Shown: piece after piece, positions 1 to 9,425 of the stretch
Layout of the letters: every line of letters starts with the position of its first letter
Position numbering within the stretch: position 1 is the stretch's first letter
Assembly: GCA_964470725.1 (NCBI GenBank)
Contig: CAYYEB010000001.1
Span: 1 to 56,583, forward strand
Length of the DNA: 56,583 bases
Origin: an uncultured Lachnospiraceae bacterium
Lineage (GTDB): Bacteria; Bacillota; Clostridia; Lachnospirales; Lachnospiraceae
Direction of reading: 5' to 3'
Notes under the pieces: model-generated
What the model was told of the DNA's origin: nothing
Databases searched by the model: none
What the model saw: the letters and a program-made list of their open reading frames with translations, nothing else
Translations under genes and position numbers: made by a program

Positions 1-111
1 AGGAAAATCAAAAGAAAGTAGATTAGAACCAAATGTTCGGACTACTCAAAGCTGAGTCTCTGTAAAGTACAAGTAGAGAACAGTAAAATTACTGTTTACT
101 CCCTATAGTGT

Positions 112-266
112 ACAGGGTCCAAGATTATGGCCTGATTGCTCCGGGCGTCCGAGTGACGCCGGTTCTTAATGAATGCAAGCCTTCAGGCGCAGCATGAATT
201 TAGAACCGCTGCGAGAACGAGCGAGCGGGAGCGTCCCGGAACAACAGGCCATGATCTGAGACCCGT
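112..266 (+). repeat. Palindromic intergenic repeat family A, copy 1 (~155 bp, MITE/REP-like or structured RNA)
   Basis: Near-identical to 20457..20611 and to the reverse complement of 40290..40445; ends pair (agattatggcctg / caggccatgatct); internal hairpins ggcgtc-cgagt-gacgcc and cgcagc...gctgcg. Confidence 0.9.
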
Positions 267-322
267 CGGTCTTGAGCACATCTGAACAGTTACAGTCTAT
301 CAACCGGCAAAATGGATAGACT

Positions 323-351
323 TTGCAATTGACGGCCGTACAGCGTATAAT
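323..351 (+). promoter_or_regulatory. Putative sigma-A promoter of the polysaccharide operon
   Basis: TTGCAA-17 bp-TATAAT, ~45 bp upstream of the ATG at 396. Confidence 0.65.
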
Positions 352-395
352 GAGCAGAACATAAGATGCATAATTTCGCACAGCGGTGAGAATAA

Positions 396-845
396 ATGAA
401 AATATTATTAGTATGCTCTTCAGGAGGACATCTGAACCACCTGTACATGCTGAAGCCTTTCTGGCAGAAACATGACCGGGTCTGGGTTACCTTCGACAAG
501 GAGGACGCAAGAAGTCTTCTGAAGGGAGAAAAAGTATATCATTGCTATTTTCCGACGAATCGAAGCCTGAAGGCACTTGTGATCAACTGGAAACTCGCAA
601 GAAAGGTTCTGAAGAAGGAAAAACCGGATCTGATTATTTCCTGCGGAGCGGCCGTGGCGGTACCGTTTTTTTATGTCGGGAAACATATGGGAATAAAAAC
701 GATCTTTATTGAGATTTTTGACAGAATCAATAAGCCGACCATGACGGGAAGACTGGTGTATCCCGTTGCGGATCGCGTGATTGTACAGTGGGAAGAAATG
801 AAAAAGGTATATCCGAAGGCGGAAAACCTGGGAAGTATCTTTTAA
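396..845 (+). CDS. Alg14-like glycosyltransferase subunit (Cps14F/PssD type)
   Basis: LVCSSGGHL, KPDLIISCGAAVAVPF, FIEIFDRI, IVQWEEMKKVYP motifs; paired with the downstream GT28-C subunit. Confidence 0.9.
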   Translation: MKILLVCSSGGHLNHLYMLKPFWQKHDRVWVTFDKEDARSLLKGEKVYHCYFPTNRSLKALVINWKLARKVLKKEKPDLIISCGAAVAVPFFYVGKHMGIKTIFIEIFDRINKPTMTGRLVYPVADRVIVQWEEMKKVYPKAENLGSIF

Positions 846-857
846 TGGAGAAGATAG

Positions 858-1361
858 ATGATCTTTGTGACAGTCGGTACGCATGAACAGCAGTTTAACC
901 GCTTAATTAAATATGTGGACATGCTCTGTGCAAAGGGAATTATCAAAGAGGATGTTCTGATTCAGACGGGATACAGTACATATATTCCGACGCATTGCGC
1001 GCACGAGAAATTCTTTTCCTATGCTGATATGCTGAAGCACTTTGAAGCAGCGCATATCATTATCACACATGGAGGACCGGCAAGTTTTCTGCAGCCGCTC
1101 CGGATGGGAAAAGTACCAATCGTGGTTCCGCGTCAGAAAAAATATCATGAGCATGTAAATAATCATCAGGTGGAATTCTGCAGGGCAGTGGATGAAAAAT
1201 ACGGAAATATTATTCTGGTGGAAGATATCCGGAAACTGGGAATGATTCTGCTGAACTATGACGAACTGGCTGCACACAGAACCCGCAGTATGATCAACAA
1301 TAATCAGAAGTTTATCAGACGGTTTGAAGAAATCGTGGATGATCTGATGAATGAAAAGTAA
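858..1361 (+). CDS. GT28 C-terminal-like glycosyltransferase subunit (Cps14G/PssE type)
   Basis: MIFVTVGTHEQQFNRL, IITHGGPAS, VPRQKKYHEHVNNHQ motifs; GGAG SD. Confidence 0.9.
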   Translation: MIFVTVGTHEQQFNRLIKYVDMLCAKGIIKEDVLIQTGYSTYIPTHCAHEKFFSYADMLKHFEAAHIIITHGGPASFLQPLRMGKVPIVVPRQKKYHEHVNNHQVEFCRAVDEKYGNIILVEDIRKLGMILLNYDELAAHRTRSMINNNQKFIRRFEEIVDDLMNEK

Positions 1362-1400
1362 CACAAGAGACAGAACGGCTCACTGGGAGGAGATTTTCAG

Positions 1401-2444
1401 GTGAAAAAGACTGCCGGAAATGGGCGCCTCAATGATTTTGACGGACTGAGACTCCTGGGAATGCTGATCATCATGGCAAGTCATTCCCAGGCTTTTCATA
1501 TGACCGGAATCGGAATTGTATTTGCCTATATGTTCCTGATTCTGAGCGGCTTCTTTCTGGTAAGTCCCCTGCGTCCGGATGGAGAGGAACGGTATGCGCA
1601 TCCGCTGAACTGGCTGAAGTTTTACGTGCTGCGTTTTATCCGGATAGTGCCGCTTATGTGGGCTGTGATTCTGGTTTTCTGGTGGCTTGGTGACGACACG
1701 CTCAGAAGTCCGGGGATTCTTGTAAATGCGCTGACCTTGCGTCTGCCGGTCGGTCATCTCTGGTTTATTCAGCATGAACTGATCGGACTATTATTTGTGC
1801 CGCCGATTCTTGGAGCGATATATTGGGCAAAGAAGCACCTGAAGCTTTCAAATGTGGCGGCAGGGATTATCCTCATGGTCGGAGGCATAGTCCTTTCGTG
1901 GTACATTTTCCATAGGGACATACAGCTTTACTGGAACGGATGGGATTCCAAAAGAGTTATTTCCTCTCAGATGATGCTGATCGGCATGGGCCTCGGTTAT
2001 TTTGTGAAGGCGTTCGGCCTTCGAAAAAAGCCGCATATTGTGCTGGATCTTTTGCTGGATATTCTGATTCTCGGACTCCTTTTTTATATGACGGTCTATC
2101 AGGGAGGATGGTTTCAGTCAGTGCTTCATGGAGGAAAACCGGACTTTTACGGCATAGCCGGAAATCCGCTGAGACTGGGACTGGAGGGAACGCTTTTAAT
2201 CGCACTTCTGACTCTCAATCGCTTTGGGCTGATCCCGAGAATTTTGAGTATTCCTGTCGTGGCCAGATTCGGTCGGGCCAGTCTTGGAATCTATCTGATA
2301 CATTACTATCTGATTCGATTTATGCTTTTGGATGTACCGAAGAACTGGGTACTTCTGGTCATCATTACGTTGCCTCTTGCACTTTTTATTTATGAAAATA
2401 TAGAATCCCCGGTGTATCGGAGGGTGAAGAACCGACTGAAGTGA
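1401..2444 (+). CDS. Acyltransferase family 3 (OafA-like) membrane O-acyltransferase
   Basis: DGLR, FLILSGF, RFIRI.P, HLWFI, S.GIYLIH, IESP motifs; multiple TM segments; GTG start after GGAGG. Confidence 0.88.
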   Translation: MKKTAGNGRLNDFDGLRLLGMLIIMASHSQAFHMTGIGIVFAYMFLILSGFFLVSPLRPDGEERYAHPLNWLKFYVLRFIRIVPLMWAVILVFWWLGDDTLRSPGILVNALTLRLPVGHLWFIQHELIGLLFVPPILGAIYWAKKHLKLSNVAAGIILMVGGIVLSWYIFHRDIQLYWNGWDSKRVISSQMMLIGMGLGYFVKAFGLRKKPHIVLDLLLDILILGLLFYMTVYQGGWFQSVLHGGKPDFYGIAGNPLRLGLEGTLLIALLTLNRFGLIPRILSIPVVARFGRASLGIYLIHYYLIRFMLLDVPKNWVLLVIITLPLALFIYENIESPVYRRVKNRLK

Positions 2445-2550
2445 TCGTTGATTGCGGATATATCTGTAATCGTTATTGGCACCTGCTTTATGGAATTCCA
2501 TCAGCAAAATGCCGGGAGAGATGAACTCCGGTAAATGAGAAGAGCGGCTT

Positions 2551-3996
2551 TTGAATCAATCATGTGATAGAAAAAGAGAACAGGCCTACGGGTATCGATT
2601 TGTATGCGGCGCATTGCTGACGGCGATGTGTGCCGCATCATTTTTCGTTGTCTGGTTTCAGTTTGTCAGAGAGAACAATCAGACGGGCCATCTTCTCGGA
2701 CGGGGCAATCTCCTGATGGCTGTTGGAATTTACGTGATTGTGATACTGCTTTGCGGCAGATGGTTCGGTGCATTTTTGATTGGCGTGAGCCGCAGAATGA
2801 ATCTGATTGCTTCGGAAATCACGGCAATTTTTCTGACTGACTTTTCCGAAGTCTTTATTTCCATGGCAATTACCGGACAGTTTCGATTTTTCAGGCATTT
2901 CCTGGGAAGGTATATGCTGCTTTTTCTGCTGCAGGCAGTGGCTGCATCTGTGGGAAGTATTCCGGCATTGAAACTGTATTACCGTTTCTTTCCGCCGCTT
3001 CGGGTATTAGAACTCTGGGGTGAAAAAAGAGAGGACCTGAATATTTATGAGCCGGGAATAAAGGAAACATTTCGGATCGCAAAAACAATAGACTGTAGGG
3101 ATCTGGAAACGGGACTTGAAAACAGGAAGACGGATGCGGAAATTCGGAGCATGATGAAAGAACTGAAGGGAGCTGAGTTCCGTCAGAAAATGACCGGGTA
3201 TGATGCGGTACTCCTGAATGGCCTGGCGGCCCCTCTTCGAAATGTGCTGCTTAAGATCTGCTATGAGGCGGATGAACGCGTTTACTTTACTCCGGATATT
3301 GCGGACATTCTGGTAAAAGCATCCGGAAACTTCAACGTTCTTGCTACACCGCTTTATCTGAACCGGAATGTTCCGATGACATTCAGTCAGAGATTCTGGA
3401 AGCGTTTCTTCGATATTGTGCTTTCACTGATCTTCCTTATCGTTCTTTCACCTCTTTTTCTCGGAATTTCGATTGCAATAAAAACAGATGACGGTGGGCC
3501 GGTACTGTTTCGTCAGAAACGCTGCACTCTGGGAGGCAGAGAATTTCAGATTCTCAAATTCCGAAGTATGGTGGTAGACGCGGAAAGTGACGGACGGCCG
3601 CATCCGGCAACAGAGCATGATGAACGGATCACCAGGGTGGGGCATTTCCTACGGGCGTCCCGGATGGATGAACTTCCGCAGCTGATCAATATCCTGAGAG
3701 GGGATATGTCTATTGTGGGACCCCGGCCGGAAAGGGTGGAGCATGTGCGGAAATATACACAGGACCTGCCGGAATTCCGCTATCGCCTTAAAATGAAGGG
3801 CGGACTTACGGGATATGCGCAGGTGTACGGAAAATACAATACGACGGCTCTCGACAAACTGAAAATGGATCTGGTGTACATCACAAACTATTCTCTGCTT
3901 CTTGACGTGCAGATTATTTTTGAGACGGTGAAAACGCTGTTTCGGAAGGAAAGCACGGAAGGATTTTCAGAGGAGCAAAGCAGAGAACTCCAATAA
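2551..3996 (+). CDS. Priming (undecaprenyl-phosphate) glycosylphosphotransferase, WcaJ/CpsE-like
   Basis: N-terminal TM helices; KRFFDI, FQILKFRSM, RMDELPQLINIL.GDMSIVGPRPER, GLTGYAQV; TTG start uncertain. Confidence 0.92.
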   Translation: MNQSCDRKREQAYGYRFVCGALLTAMCAASFFVVWFQFVRENNQTGHLLGRGNLLMAVGIYVIVILLCGRWFGAFLIGVSRRMNLIASEITAIFLTDFSEVFISMAITGQFRFFRHFLGRYMLLFLLQAVAASVGSIPALKLYYRFFPPLRVLELWGEKREDLNIYEPGIKETFRIAKTIDCRDLETGLENRKTDAEIRSMMKELKGAEFRQKMTGYDAVLLNGLAAPLRNVLLKICYEADERVYFTPDIADILVKASGNFNVLATPLYLNRNVPMTFSQRFWKRFFDIVLSLIFLIVLSPLFLGISIAIKTDDGGPVLFRQKRCTLGGREFQILKFRSMVVDAESDGRPHPATEHDERITRVGHFLRASRMDELPQLINILRGDMSIVGPRPERVEHVRKYTQDLPEFRYRLKMKGGLTGYAQVYGKYNTTALDKLKMDLVYITNYSLLLDVQIIFETVKTLFRKESTEGFSEEQSRELQ

Positions 3997-4000
3997 AGTT

Positions 4001-5242
4001 ATGAAGATAGCAATTATTTCAAACGGATATATGTGGTTTCCGGTGGAATCCGGCACCTTGAGACTTTTCGATATTGCCAGAGCGTTTGCCGAAAGCGGAT
4101 GGGAAACGGATGTCATTACAACAAGTTTTGAACATTTCGAAAAGCGGCAGAGGGATCAGAAACGTATTCGGGCACAGCACTATCCGTTTCGGATTTCATT
4201 TATCCCCTCTCCGCCTTATCGGAAAAATATCGGTGTGAAGAGAATTCTGAGTAATGAAAAGACGGCCATAAATCTGTCCGGATACCTGGAACAATACGGA
4301 AGAAAATATGATGCAGTTTACTGCACCATCCCATCCAATCGGGTTGCGGCCACAGCTGCCGGATTCTGCCACAGGAATCATATTCCATTCATTGTGGATA
4401 TCGAGGATCTCTGGCCTGAGGCAATGCAGATGGTGATTCGGCGTAAAAGTCTGCAGAAGCTTTTACTTGGCGGACTGCAGCGGGATGCCGATTATGTATA
4501 TCGCTGTGCGGATGGAATCATCGGAACCTCAGACGAGTATACGGCACGGGCATTTCTCAACCGGCCGCAGAATATCCCCGCGAAGACGGTCTATGTGGGA
4601 TGCGATCTTGACTCCTTTGATGAGAGTGTCAGAAAGTACGGTGCGGAAATCATAAAAACGGAGAAGGAAATCTGGGTTACCTATGCCGGCTCCCTTGGAG
4701 AAAGTTATGGACTTCAGTACCTTATAGAAGCGGCCGGAAAGCTGCAGGACAGAAAAGAATGGAATATCCGGTTGAAGCTTCTCGGAACCGGGACGATGGA
4801 AAAAAAGCTGAAGCTTTATGCAAAAGAAATGGGATGTACAAATGTCGATTTCCCGGGATTTCTGCCATATTCAAAAATGGCGGCCTGCCTTTCAAAGTCG
4901 GACATCGTTGTGAATTCTTTCCGCAAGGGCGCTGCGCAGAGCTTTGTCAACAAGATCGGGGATTATCTGGCATCCGGAAAACCGATGATCAATACATTGG
5001 AAAATCCCGGTTTTCAAAAGTTTGTGAAAGAAGAAAAACTGGGCCTTAATATCGAGGCGGAGAATCCGGATATGATCGCCGATGCGGTCCTGTATCTTCT
5101 GAAACATCCGAAGGAGTATCAGGAAATGGCGGAAAATGCCAGAAGAGTGGCGGAAGAGAAGTTTGACCGGAGAAAGACATATCCGGAGATTGTACAAATG
5201 ACGGAAGAAGTCGTCAGAAAGAAAACATCAGATGCTCGGTAA
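4001..5242 (+). CDS. Glycosyltransferase family 4
   Basis: GT-B features: DIEDLWPE, YAGSLG, NKIGDYLASGKP, C-terminal ARRVAEEKF. Confidence 0.88.
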   Translation: MKIAIISNGYMWFPVESGTLRLFDIARAFAESGWETDVITTSFEHFEKRQRDQKRIRAQHYPFRISFIPSPPYRKNIGVKRILSNEKTAINLSGYLEQYGRKYDAVYCTIPSNRVAATAAGFCHRNHIPFIVDIEDLWPEAMQMVIRRKSLQKLLLGGLQRDADYVYRCADGIIGTSDEYTARAFLNRPQNIPAKTVYVGCDLDSFDESVRKYGAEIIKTEKEIWVTYAGSLGESYGLQYLIEAAGKLQDRKEWNIRLKLLGTGTMEKKLKLYAKEMGCTNVDFPGFLPYSKMAACLSKSDIVVNSFRKGAAQSFVNKIGDYLASGKPMINTLENPGFQKFVKEEKLGLNIEAENPDMIADAVLYLLKHPKEYQEMAENARRVAEEKFDRRKTYPEIVQMTEEVVRKKTSDAR

Positions 5243-5324
5243 GACACGGTATCTATGGCGATAGTATTATATGTGATACAAAAGCGGATTTTGCCGCTAA
5301 AGTCTAATTTGAGGTGGACAGGGG

Positions 5325-6659
5325 ATGAACTGGAGGAACGTCAGAGACAAACTGTTTTTAGTGAAGGGGAGGGACATTGCCTCCTTTTTTCTTCTGCTCC
5401 CGGCGGCTCTTCCGGCTCTGATGATCAGGAAAAAAAGCAGAAAACCGATCTGGCTTGTTCTTGAGCGCTCGGGAGAAGCGCGGGACAATGGAAGGGCCTT
5501 TTTTGAGTATCTGATGCGATATAAGCGTCATGAAGTGACACCGTTTTATGCGATCAGAAAAGATGCGGCAGACGCCGTGGAACTGAAAAAGTACGGAAGA
5601 CATGTGATTGAATACGGCTCCTTTCAGCATATCCTGTATTTTCTTGCCTGCAGGGCAAATATCAGCTCTGTGAAAAATATGGGACCAAATGATCTGATGG
5701 GATTTGTGTTTCGTCGTCTGGGACTTATGAACAATAAAATGTTCTTCTTACAGCATGGGATCACTGTCAATCATCCGGACTGGCTTGACTATTCCGATAC
5801 CCGTTTCCGGATGGTTTTATGCGGGGCAAAACCGGAGTACAACTATGTAAAATCCGAATTCGGTTATCCGGAAGATCACGTGGCCTATGCAGGAGGCATG
5901 TGCCGGTATGATGCGTTACAGCACTTCCTGCAGAAAGCTGCATGCGGTGATTCTTTCCGCAGACGGAAAGCGGAAGGGCATGGTACGCATAGTGCGCAGC
6001 CGGATGCATTTCCTATTCACAGCAGAAGAAGGCAAATCCTGATTCTTCCGAGCTGGCGTGCCTGGCTGAAACCGGGAGATCCGGGAATGGTGAAAGTGGA
6101 GCATACGGACTCTTTTAGAAATACGGAATATTTTCGAAAATGGAAGGAATTTCTTTTGTCAGGAGAGCTTCGAAGCTTTGCCCAATCCCACCGGATGAGG
6201 ATTGTTTTTTATCCGCATCCGACGATGCAGAACTATATCCGGAACTTTCAAAAGATTGAAAATGGTAACGGAAGGGACCGGACGATTGTGATTGCCGATG
6301 CGGATGATTGGAAATTAAACGAGTTAATTGCGGAATCGGATCTTCTCATAACGGATTATTCCAGCGTGTTCTTTGATTTTATTTACATGAAAAAGCCGGT
6401 TATTTTTTATCAGTTTGACCGGAAAAAATATCGGAGGTTTCATTACAGGGAAGGTTATTTTTCTTATGAGAAGAATCCCTTTGCGCATACATATGAGACA
6501 GCCGAAGACGTACTGAAGGAACTGGAACGCATCACGGATGCCTCTTTTCAGGTATCGGAAGAATATCTTGCAGCTCACAAAAGATATTTTCCGGTCTATG
6601 ATGATAAAAACTGCGAGCGGACATGGGAGATCATAAAAAATGTGTCAGATGAAGTATAA
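5325..6659 (+). CDS. CDP-glycerol/ribitol glycerophosphotransferase (TagB/TagF-like)
   Basis: FLQHG, G..RYD, LPSWR (PTWR-like), YPHP, LITDYSSVFFDF motifs. Confidence 0.88.
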   Translation: MNWRNVRDKLFLVKGRDIASFFLLLPAALPALMIRKKSRKPIWLVLERSGEARDNGRAFFEYLMRYKRHEVTPFYAIRKDAADAVELKKYGRHVIEYGSFQHILYFLACRANISSVKNMGPNDLMGFVFRRLGLMNNKMFFLQHGITVNHPDWLDYSDTRFRMVLCGAKPEYNYVKSEFGYPEDHVAYAGGMCRYDALQHFLQKAACGDSFRRRKAEGHGTHSAQPDAFPIHSRRRQILILPSWRAWLKPGDPGMVKVEHTDSFRNTEYFRKWKEFLLSGELRSFAQSHRMRIVFYPHPTMQNYIRNFQKIENGNGRDRTIVIADADDWKLNELIAESDLLITDYSSVFFDFIYMKKPVIFYQFDRKKYRRFHYREGYFSYEKNPFAHTYETAEDVLKELERITDASFQVSEEYLAAHKRYFPVYDDKNCERTWEIIKNVSDEV

Positions 6660-7302
6660 GGTGACGCGCAGACGCGGTATGAAAACGATCCGGATGCGTA
6701 TGCAGGAGGACGGCACGATACTGGTATCGGCACCCTACGGTGTTCCGCGTGAAATGATAGAGGAGGCTGTCAGAAAGAGCAGCGGTGCGCTGGAGCAGGG
6801 ACGCCGAACCATGGATGAGGCGCATGATCGCTGGCAGAAATTTGTATCGGAAAGACTGGCATCCCGGCAGATAACTGAGGAACGGATTCACAGGGACGGG
6901 GAAGACATACTGGTCGGTACGCCATTTAAGAAGGGCAGTTTTTTTAACGGACTTCCTCTGATCACAGATCTGGAGACCTTTCAGGAGATGTTTGATACCG
7001 CATATAAAAACTTTGAAAAAAAGCATCCGATTGAACTCTGCAAGGTCACGATGCGTCAGATGAAAAGCCGCTGGGGATCCTGCCGGCCGGGCACGGGGAG
7101 GATGACTTTTAATCTTCTGCTTTTATATGTGCCGGGAAATTGTGCCGCATATGTGATTTACCATGAACTCTGCCACTTTCTGGAACTCAATCATTCAAGA
7201 AAATTCTGGCAGCAGGTGGAAAAATACGTTCCCGACTACCGGGAAAGGGAACAGGAGCTGCGCACTTACGGAGAGATACTGATCAGCCATAGTATTTCAT
7301 AA
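6649..7302 (+). CDS. YgjP/DUF45-type (M48-like) metal-dependent hydrolase
   Basis: MKSRWGSC, YVIYHELCH (HExxH), NHSRKFW..V....PDY; overlaps the end of the upstream gene; alternative start 6640. Confidence 0.85.
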   Translation: MKYKVTRRRGMKTIRMRMQEDGTILVSAPYGVPREMIEEAVRKSSGALEQGRRTMDEAHDRWQKFVSERLASRQITEERIHRDGEDILVGTPFKKGSFFNGLPLITDLETFQEMFDTAYKNFEKKHPIELCKVTMRQMKSRWGSCRPGTGRMTFNLLLLYVPGNCAAYVIYHELCHFLELNHSRKFWQQVEKYVPDYREREQELRTYGEILISHSIS

Positions 7303-7344
7303 AAGATGCGTGGCACTTGCGGACAAAGTACCCAGCTCTATGGT

Positions 7345-7418
7345 GTCGCCGGCAAAACATATCCTCCGGCGCTCAAAATCGTTTTTGATTCGCGTCCGGA
7401 GGATAGTTTTGCCGACTC
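7345..7418 (+). repeat. Palindromic intergenic repeat family C, copy 1 (~75 bp)
   Basis: cggcaaaacatatcctccggcgc-tcaaaatcgtttttga-ttcgcgtccggaggatagttttgccg hairpin; matches 41540..41620 and the reverse complement of 42978..43059. Confidence 0.88.
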
Positions 7419-7580
7419 TTATATTTCATATGAACTGATATTTGTGATTTGGGCGTCAAAAGTGATTACGCGCGGGTACCCTTCTTCGAAGGGCCCACTG
7501 TCATGCAAGTATGCCCTGAGAGAAGACTTTTGACACAGTAATCATATTTGTAATTGCCCGGAAATGGAAAGGATCGCAAT

Positions 7581-9425
7581 ATGATACCCAAAGTAATTCA
7601 CTATTGCTGGTTTGGCGGAAATCCGCTTCCTCTTTCCGTTCAAAAATGCATTGAAAGCTGGAAGAAGTTCTGCCCTGACTATGAGATAAAAAAATGGGAT
7701 GAGGAAAACTTTGATCTTGATACATGCAGGTACGTGCGTGAGGCGTATGACAGGAAAAAATGGGCTTTTGTCAGTGATTATGTCCGCTTTTTTGCATTGT
7801 ATCGTTATGGCGGAATCTATTTTGACACGGATGTGGAACTGATCCGCAGTATAGACGATATCAGAAAAAACGGCCCTTTTTTTGCAATGGAACCGCCGTC
7901 TCCCTATGATGCAGTGCCGGTCATGCGGATTGCGCCCGGACTTGGAATGGGAGCGGAAGCCGGAAATCGGTTTATCAAAGAGATTCTGACAAGTTATGAG
8001 AACGACATGTTTATCCGGCGGGATGGAACGGTCAATCCGATGACCGTCAATACAAGAGTCGGAAAACTGATTGGTCAGTATACAAAAACGCAGAGCGGAA
8101 GTTTCGAAGAGCAGGCAGGCTTTCTTCTGTATCCGCCGGACTTTTTCTGCCCGATCAATTACTATACGGGCGAAACAAGGTTTACGGACAGAACCCGAGG
8201 CATTCATCACTATGAGGCGACCTGGAAGAACAGGGATGAACAGGCCATTGCACGGATCCGTCAGAAATATTCCGAAAAGGGAAAAGCCGGACGGGCTTTC
8301 GCGGAGGCGGCAGTAATGCCCCTAAGGGTGAAAAATCGCGTGCGGGAAGACGGATGGATGAATGCCGGAAAACGCGCACTGAAGGCACTGGACCGCAGAA
8401 GTAAGTCAGACACATGCGTGCCTGCGCAGCCGCAGGGAAACAGTTTCGAGAAACCGGACGGGGAAAGGCATGAAACGTCAGTCGATGGAATCAGTGTAAC
8501 GGTTCTTACGGCAACATTTAATCGTGCAGGTACTTTGAAAAGATTGTTTGATTCCCTGAAGGCACAGGCAGATCGGAATTTCGAATGGATCGTGGTTGAC
8601 GATGGGTCAACAGATCATACGAGGGAGCTGGTCCGAAGTTTTGAGGAAGAGCAGCCGGGATTTCCGATCCATTATGTGTATCAGAAAAACGGGGGAAAGC
8701 ACAGGGCAATCAACTGTGGAGTCCGAAAGGCTGTGGGGCGGTTTATTTTCATTGTGGACAGTGATGACTGGCTGACATCGGATGCGATCCGGCATGTCAA
8801 CAGATGGTGCGAAGAGATACTTCATTTGCCGGATATTGCGGGCGTTGCAGGCAGAAGAATTTCCCCGAAAGGAGAGGAGATTACAGGCTATCGAAATACC
8901 AGGCAAGGGAGCTGCAGTGCGGTAGCGGGAACTGAAAAAGGAAGAGCCCGTCTGCAGAAAAATCAGGATTCCTATATTACGGCTCCGAACAATCAGCGCA
9001 AAAAGTATTACCTGACCGGGGATCAGGCGGAGATCTATAAAAAATCCATATTGCTGCAGTTTCCGTTTCCGGAATTTACCGGTGAAAACTTTATCAGTGA
9101 AGATTCAGTCTGGAACCTGATCGCAGGAAGGGGATATGCTCTGCGGTGGTATGCGGTTCCGATTTATTTTTGTGAATATAAAGAGGATGGATTAAGCGCA
9201 AAAGTACGAAGGGAAGGACTGGAAGAGAAGAACTTTGAGGGATATTCCTATCGACTGGCGGTCAACTTCCGTTATGCCCCGAATCCGTATCGAAAGATAC
9301 TGCGGCTGATAAAATTTTACCGGGCACAGCTGAAAAAAGGATATCCCTTGCAGGAGGCAAGAAAAAGGCTGGGCAGATGCTTCCGGATGATGGACCGGTT
9401 CCCGTCCGGGTCAGATCGCCGATAA
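7581..9425 (+). CDS. Fused glycosyltransferase: GT32 (DXD, OCH1-like) + GT2
   Basis: MIPKVIHYCWFG, AFVSDYVR, GGIYFDTDVE N-terminal domain; VLTATFNRA, VVDDGSTD, NGGKHRA, IVDSDD C-terminal domain; ATG 7581 follows GAAAGGA (ORF track starts at TTG 7554). Confidence 0.9.
   Translation: MIPKVIHYCWFGGNPLPLSVQKCIESWKKFCPDYEIKKWDEENFDLDTCRYVREAYDRKKWAFVSDYVRFFALYRYGGIYFDTDVELIRSIDDIRKNGPFFAMEPPSPYDAVPVMRIAPGLGMGAEAGNRFIKEILTSYENDMFIRRDGTVNPMTVNTRVGKLIGQYTKTQSGSFEEQAGFLLYPPDFFCPINYYTGETRFTDRTRGIHHYEATWKNRDEQAIARIRQKYSEKGKAGRAFAEAAVMPLRVKNRVREDGWMNAGKRALKALDRRSKSDTCVPAQPQGNSFEKPDGERHETSVDGISVTVLTATFNRAGTLKRLFDSLKAQADRNFEWIVVDDGSTDHTRELVRSFEEEQPGFPIHYVYQKNGGKHRAINCGVRKAVGRFIFIVDSDDWLTSDAIRHVNRWCEEILHLPDIAGVAGRRISPKGEEITGYRNTRQGSCSAVAGTEKGRARLQKNQDSYITAPNNQRKKYYLTGDQAEIYKKSILLQFPFPEFTGENFISEDSVWNLIAGRGYALRWYAVPIYFCEYKEDGLSAKVRREGLEEKNFEGYSYRLAVNFRYAPNPYRKILRLIKFYRAQLKKGYPLQEARKRLGRCFRMMDRFPSGSDRR

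Noticed and set aside
166-499. Short minus-strand ORFs (71 and 69 aa)
   Set aside because: Overlap repeat A, the promoter and the first cps gene; no SD or recognisable motifs
7306-7533. Similar small ORFs here and at 41540..41809 (GKTYP.ALKIV.DS)
   Set aside because: Similarity comes from repeat family C DNA; starts, lengths and frames are not conserved across copies
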